64,000 nt of DNA from Candidatus Marinacidobacterales bacterium (GTDB lineage Bacteria; Acidobacteriota; Vicinamibacteria; Marinacidobacterales; DATDRI01). Within the stretch, counting starts at the first letter, position 1; each line of letters opens with the position of its first letter. The position numbers were made by a program, and so were the translations under genes. This document shows positions 59,904 through 64,000 of the stretch, piece by piece. Where the stretch lies: assembly GCA_965219415.1 (NCBI GenBank), contig CBDCNP010000002.1, positions 5,344,001 through 5,408,000 on the forward strand, given 5' to 3'. The notes beneath the pieces are model-generated. The model was given only the letters and a program-made list of their open reading frames with translations, was not told the DNA's origin and ran no database searches.

Positions 59904-61202
59904 TCAATTGTTTTCTGTTAAGAGTAGGACTTTCCCGTTGAGGATTTGGTTATATTCGCCCTGCTTATCTCTCCGCTGACAATCACGTATTCGAACCCTG
60001 TGCTGTACTGGTGAGGGTTGAGAAATGTGGCTTTATCCTCGACTTTTTCGGCGTCGAAGATAACAACGTCGGCCTTGTATCCTTCCAATAACAATCCTCG
60101 ATCCTTCAGCCTGAGGAACGAGGCAGGAAGGGATGACATCTTCCTGACTGCATCTTCTAGGCTTATTACCTTTTCTTCCCGGACGTATTTTCTGAGAACT
60201 CTAGGAAAGTTGCCGTAGTTGCGAGGGTGAACGGGTCTTCTTGCATCGAGAGGCAGACCGAATCCATCACTGGCAAACATCAGCCACTTCTCCTTCATAA
60301 CATACTTCATGTCATCCTCCGACATCCAGTCCCCGCTGACATACAGGTCTTCTTTTTCCTCTATATATAGATCTGCGGCCACATCGAACGGGTCTACCGG
60401 AGGGGAGATCGACCAGAACAGACTGTTGAGGACTTGCTCTCTCTTCCTGTCCTCTGCAGCCTCAGCTAGAGTCTTGCCGAGCAGATGAGTGTTTTTCTCG
60501 GATCTTGTGATGCACAGAGAATCCCAGTAGAACATCATCACATAATTCGAACAGTCGGGACAACCTTCGGCGGTTAGTTTCCTGATTCTCTCCCGCTTTG
60601 TTGGATCAGAAAGGGCTTCTACCAGTTCATCGCTATACTGTTTCCTAGACTTCTCCCGGTCTTTATCTGGTAGGTCTCTATCCCTCACTTTTCCTTTCAA
60701 TTTTGCCAAAGGCTCCATGTCTGCGGGGATGTTAAAGACGGTTGAAAGCGACCCTCCTCCTGCCTCCGCGTAGGAATACATGTCTGCGGTGATGCTCAAT
60801 CCGTTAGCCCGAGCCTCGTTAATCCCTCTCACAGCCTCTTTCATCAGTCCCCAAGCACTGCTTTTGCCGCCTGCCTTAATATGCGTCACATTGCCGGGTA
60901 AGCCGGTTTCTTTGCTGATCCTTATGGTTTCTTGGGTGGCTTCAACCATGTATTTTCCTTCATGGCGTTGATGGCTGTTGTAAACTCCTCCAAATTCAGC
61001 GACAACTTTGCCGAGGGCAACGACTTCCTCTGTGTCGGCATAGCGGCCAGGAATGTACTGTAGCCCGGTACTCATGCCCCAAGCTCCTTCCTCCATTGCC
61101 TGGCGAACAATCGATTTCATCTTCTCTAGCTCTTCTTCCGTAACGGCTCGGGGTTCCCCGCCAGGGACATGCCTTCTGACAGTGCCGTGCGGGACCAGAA
61201 GG
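59904..61202 (-). pseudogene. Second D-aminoacylase, 5'-truncated by IS256 and frameshifted near the 3' end
   Basis: In-frame LLVPHGTVRR up to the IS256 end, GAWGMSTGL, HIKA, TADMY, ASDG, HPRNYG. The native tail GEYNQILNGKVLL is in another frame, ending at 59904. Confidence 0.88.
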
Positions 61203-62575
61203 GAGCTACCCTCAGAAGGTGTGGAAATAAAGTAAAGGCGGAGTAACCTTCCGCGTCACGAAACACGGCGTGAAGGGGCCAACGGAAGGAGACACCGCCA
61301 TGAAGGAAAAGACCACAAGACGACGGAGCTCGTCAAGGGTGGCTTGGGAGTCGCTGGAGAAGTGGGCGAGGCTCGAGATCCAGGATTGGGTGCAGGAGCT
61401 GATGGTAGCCGAAGTCACGGAGCTTCTCGGGCGTGAGAAATCGGAGAGACGGAAGCCCGTGGACACAACGGCGGGCTATCGAAATGGATACGGTAAGCCT
61501 CGGAAGCTGACGATGAGCGTGGGCACGGTGACGGTTCGCCGGCCGAGAGTAGGGGACGTGGAGGAGAGGTTCGAAAGTCGAGTGCTTCCGCTGTTCAAGC
61601 GTCGGAGCGAAACGGTGAGCGAGTTGATTCCGGAGCTGTACCTGCATGGACTAGCTCACGGAGATTTCGATTTGGCGCTCCGCGGGCTTCTAGGGGAGGA
61701 CGCTCCACTTTCTCCCAGCACGGTGTCGCGGCTGAAACAGAAATGGCAGGGAGAGTACGAGCAGTGGCTAGCTCGCCCACTGGACGAACTCGAGCTCGTG
61801 TCCCTGTGGGTAGATGGCGTGTACGTGAAGGCCGGCCTTGAGAAGGACAAGGCGGCGGTGCTAGTTGCGGTTGGTGGCCTGTCCGACGGGACGAAAATCG
61901 TCCTGACGCTGGAGGCCGGGCATCGAGAATCCGAAGCGTCATGGTCGTCGCTGCTACGGAGACTGAAGAAGCGCGGTCTGAGATGTCCCCGTTTGGTGAT
62001 CGGTGACGGTCATCTCGGCATCTGGGCCGCGACCCGAAACGTATTTCCAGAAGCTGAGGAGCAGCGGTGCTGGAACCACCGAATCCTCAACGTACTGGAC
62101 CGGATTCCGAAAAGGGACCAGGCGCAGGCCAAGCCGCTGTTGACGGCGACCCCCTACCCCACCAGCCTGCAGGAGTGCGAGACGAAGAAGGCCCAAGTTC
62201 CAGGATTGGTGCTTGCGCAAGGGTCTTCCGGGGGCCGCGCACGTGCTCGACGAGGACTGGGAGCGGATGGTCAGCTTCTATTCCTTTCCCAAGCCTCACT
62301 GGCAACACCTTCGCACGAGCAACGTCGTGGAGTCACCGTTCGCTGCACTGAGATTGAGAACGGATGCGGCCAAAAGGTTCAAGAAAGTCGAGTCCGCCAC
62401 TGCGACAATCTTCAAACTGCTTCTGGTTGCGGAGAAGAATTTTCGCCGGCTCAACGCACCGGAGCTGATGCGAGAGGTTCACCTGGGCGTTCGATTTGAA
62501 GATGGAGACAGGGTAACGGAGTCGTCGAAGGTTGCTGCTGCCTGAACTTTTTTACACACCTATTGACAAGAGCTC
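61203..62575 (+). mobile_element. IS256-family insertion sequence (1373 bp), no target duplication
   Basis: IRL GAGCTACCCTCAGAAGGTGTGGAAATAAAGT vs IRR (rc) GAGCTCTTGTCAATAGGTGTGTAAAAAAGT. Confidence 0.9.
61300..62545 (+). CDS. IS256 transposase with one frameshift near 62192
   Basis: YRNGY, WVDGVY, GDGHLG, QRCWNH, HLRTSNVVES; extra C in GGCCCAAG. Confidence 0.92.
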
Positions 62576-62688
62576 GTCACCATGCAGATGACCTCCTAGT
62601 CGAGAGCGAATATCGAAGCGTGTTCCTGAAGCTGTTTCCACGCTACGCCTGTCGAGCCCGCCGAGTGGCTACCGTCGCCGGCGACCAT

Positions 62689-63759
62689 CTACGCGGCACG
62701 GCAGTAGTAGTTGAGAATGCCCCCAAGTCGCTCTCGCGACACGATGGGGCCAGCGTCATTCGCGCTTGCCGGCAGAGGTGTGATGAGCTCGTTGCCGAGA
62801 CCTTGGTGGTTCCGTTCTGTGTGATAGTGCACTACGTATTCGGTTACCGCTGTGCGCAGGTGTCGCTCACTGAGAGGTACGAAGCGGTCGAGACACTCTC
62901 GACGTATGGAGAGAACGAATCTTTCCGCATATGCGTTCAGATTCGGACTATTAGCGGGAAGGCGAAGGGGCTTCACGCCTGAATCTCTCAACAGCCCACG
63001 TACCGCCTCGGTGAATAGCGGGTCCCGGTCGTGGATGAGGTATCGCTTGCCAAGGAGGAAACCATCCCACAGGTCAGTGAGGTTTCTTGCCACCTGCTTC
63101 ATCCACTCCCCGTTGGGGTCCGACGTTATCCCACCGATGCACACGCAGCGAGTGGCGATATCGATGACAAACAGGACATGGTAGCGGACGAGCCCGAACG
63201 GGTTCACCACCTCGACGGGGAACAGGTCTGTCGCAGCGATGGCACCCCAATGAGCCTTGATGAAGGTGCTCCACGACATGCTCCTGCCCCGCTCCGGCGC
63301 AGGAGCGATACCGTGCTCGGCGAGGAGCCTCTTGATGGTGTTGCGTCCGAGTTCATGTCCGAGGTTCTTGAGTGCGCCTCGCAGGCGCGTATATCCCCAC
63401 GTCGGGTTCTCCCGCGCCACGCGCACAATGAGCTCACGGATGTCCTTCGCCGTCGGAGGTCGGCCTGGGCTCCGGTTCTTGCTGCCATCGTACTTGGCTG
63501 CGATGAGGTGGCGGTACCAGCGCACAAGCGTAGCGGGTGTGGCAACGGACGCAATCTGGGCCAGCGCCTCGCGGCCCAAAGCCTGGGCCTTGACCGCGAG
63601 CCTGCGCCGGTCGTCGTCCGAGAGACTGAGACGCTTGCCCCGAAGCCCGGCTCGGAGCACACGGTTCTCCTCTTGCAGGTAGTCGATCACATCCTGCTGC
63701 TGGCGGTTGACCCAGCCAGCTAGAACGAGCAGTAGGAATTGCACGTGGTACGTCATCAT
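62689..63759 (-). CDS. Transposase with HTH and integrase-core (rve, DDE) domains
   Basis: [66 protein letters not shown]. Confidence 0.93.
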   Translation of the reverse strand: MMTYHVQFLLLVLAGWVNRQQQDVIDYLQEENRVLRAGLRGKRLSLSDDDRRRLAVKAQALGREALAQIASVATPATLVRWYRHLIAAKYDGSKNRSPGRPPTAKDIRELIVRVARENPTWGYTRLRGALKNLGHELGRNTIKRLLAEHGIAPAPERGRSMSWSTFIKAHWGAIAATDLFPVEVVNPFGLVRYHVLFVIDIATRCVCIGGITSDPNGEWMKQVARNLTDLWDGFLLGKRYLIHDRDPLFTEAVRGLLRDSGVKPLRLPANSPNLNAYAERFVLSIRRECLDRFVPLSERHLRTAVTEYVVHYHTERNHQGLGNELITPLPASANDAGPIVSRERLGGILNYYCRAA

Positions 63760-63887
63760 GGAGCTGAAGATAACACCCTCGGGCCAGACGATTGTAAAGC
63801 CTACGGCCCTTGGCCCCGGCGCAAACACAGACACTAAGCTGCTGATTTATGGCCTATTTCAAAAGGGCCGAGTTTTGGCACAGGACG
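62689..63887 (-). mobile_element. rve-type IS element; upstream end at 63887, downstream end not found
   Basis: End CGTCCTGTGCCAAAACTC shared with 40533, 43420 and 43735; IHF-like AATCAGCAGCTTA inside the end. Confidence 0.8.
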
Positions 63888-63977
63888 AGTTCGGGCATCC
63901 GCGTCCGACTGCATAGAGTCCGCGTCCGCCCCGCCTATTGCGGAGCACCCGTGGCCGAATCACGGCGGAGGACAACG

Positions 63978-64000
63978 ATGGAGCCTGACCAGAAGTCTGC
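63978..64000 (+). CDS. Start of an unidentified gene running off the window
   Basis: GGAGG RBS followed by ATG GAG CCT GAC CAG AAG. Confidence 0.35.

Noticed and set aside
1-64000. Anti-phage systems, retrons, prophage, rRNA or tRNA
   Set aside because: No reverse transcriptase, nuclease, capsid, cloverleaf or rRNA signatures seen. The JAB/E1/Ubl genes lack an E2 or CD-NTase and sit with cysM, so they are metabolic rather than CBASS/Bil-type.

Overview
GC-rich bacterial window, most likely Acidobacteriota (Vicinamibacteria-like). This is inferred from the Oar-type TonB receptors, the sulfatase-TPR gene, the hslVU-lipoprotein-fsa order and the GGGGTGGGGCCCC repeats. About 1-39.2 kb is mostly core genome: a family-5 binding protein/histidine kinase/sigma54 regulator locus, an RpoD-like alternative sigma factor with a sigma54-type promoter, a cysM-JAB-(ubiquitin-like::MoeB::rhodanese) sulfur-carrier operon, two GT4s, tamB/tamA/surA-like genes, acyl-CoA carboxylase subunits, fsa, hslUV, an unassigned structured RNA candidate, an ECF sigma/anti-sigma pair, ino1 and a TonB receptor. 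From about 39.8 kb it is accessory. 39.8-43.7 kb is a mosaic of roughly a dozen related transposon-end motifs and mini-elements separating truncated surface-protein genes and an intact (PE)n autotransporter. 45-61 kb is a peptide/D-amino-acid catabolism cluster with 3 x 84-bp repeats and AT-richer genes. An IS3, an IS256 and an rve-type element occupy the right end. Many single-base frameshifts sit in homopolymers, so several 'pseudogenes' may be long-read errors. No rRNA, tRNA, CRISPR array or recognisable defence system was found. All calls are by eye, with no database searches.
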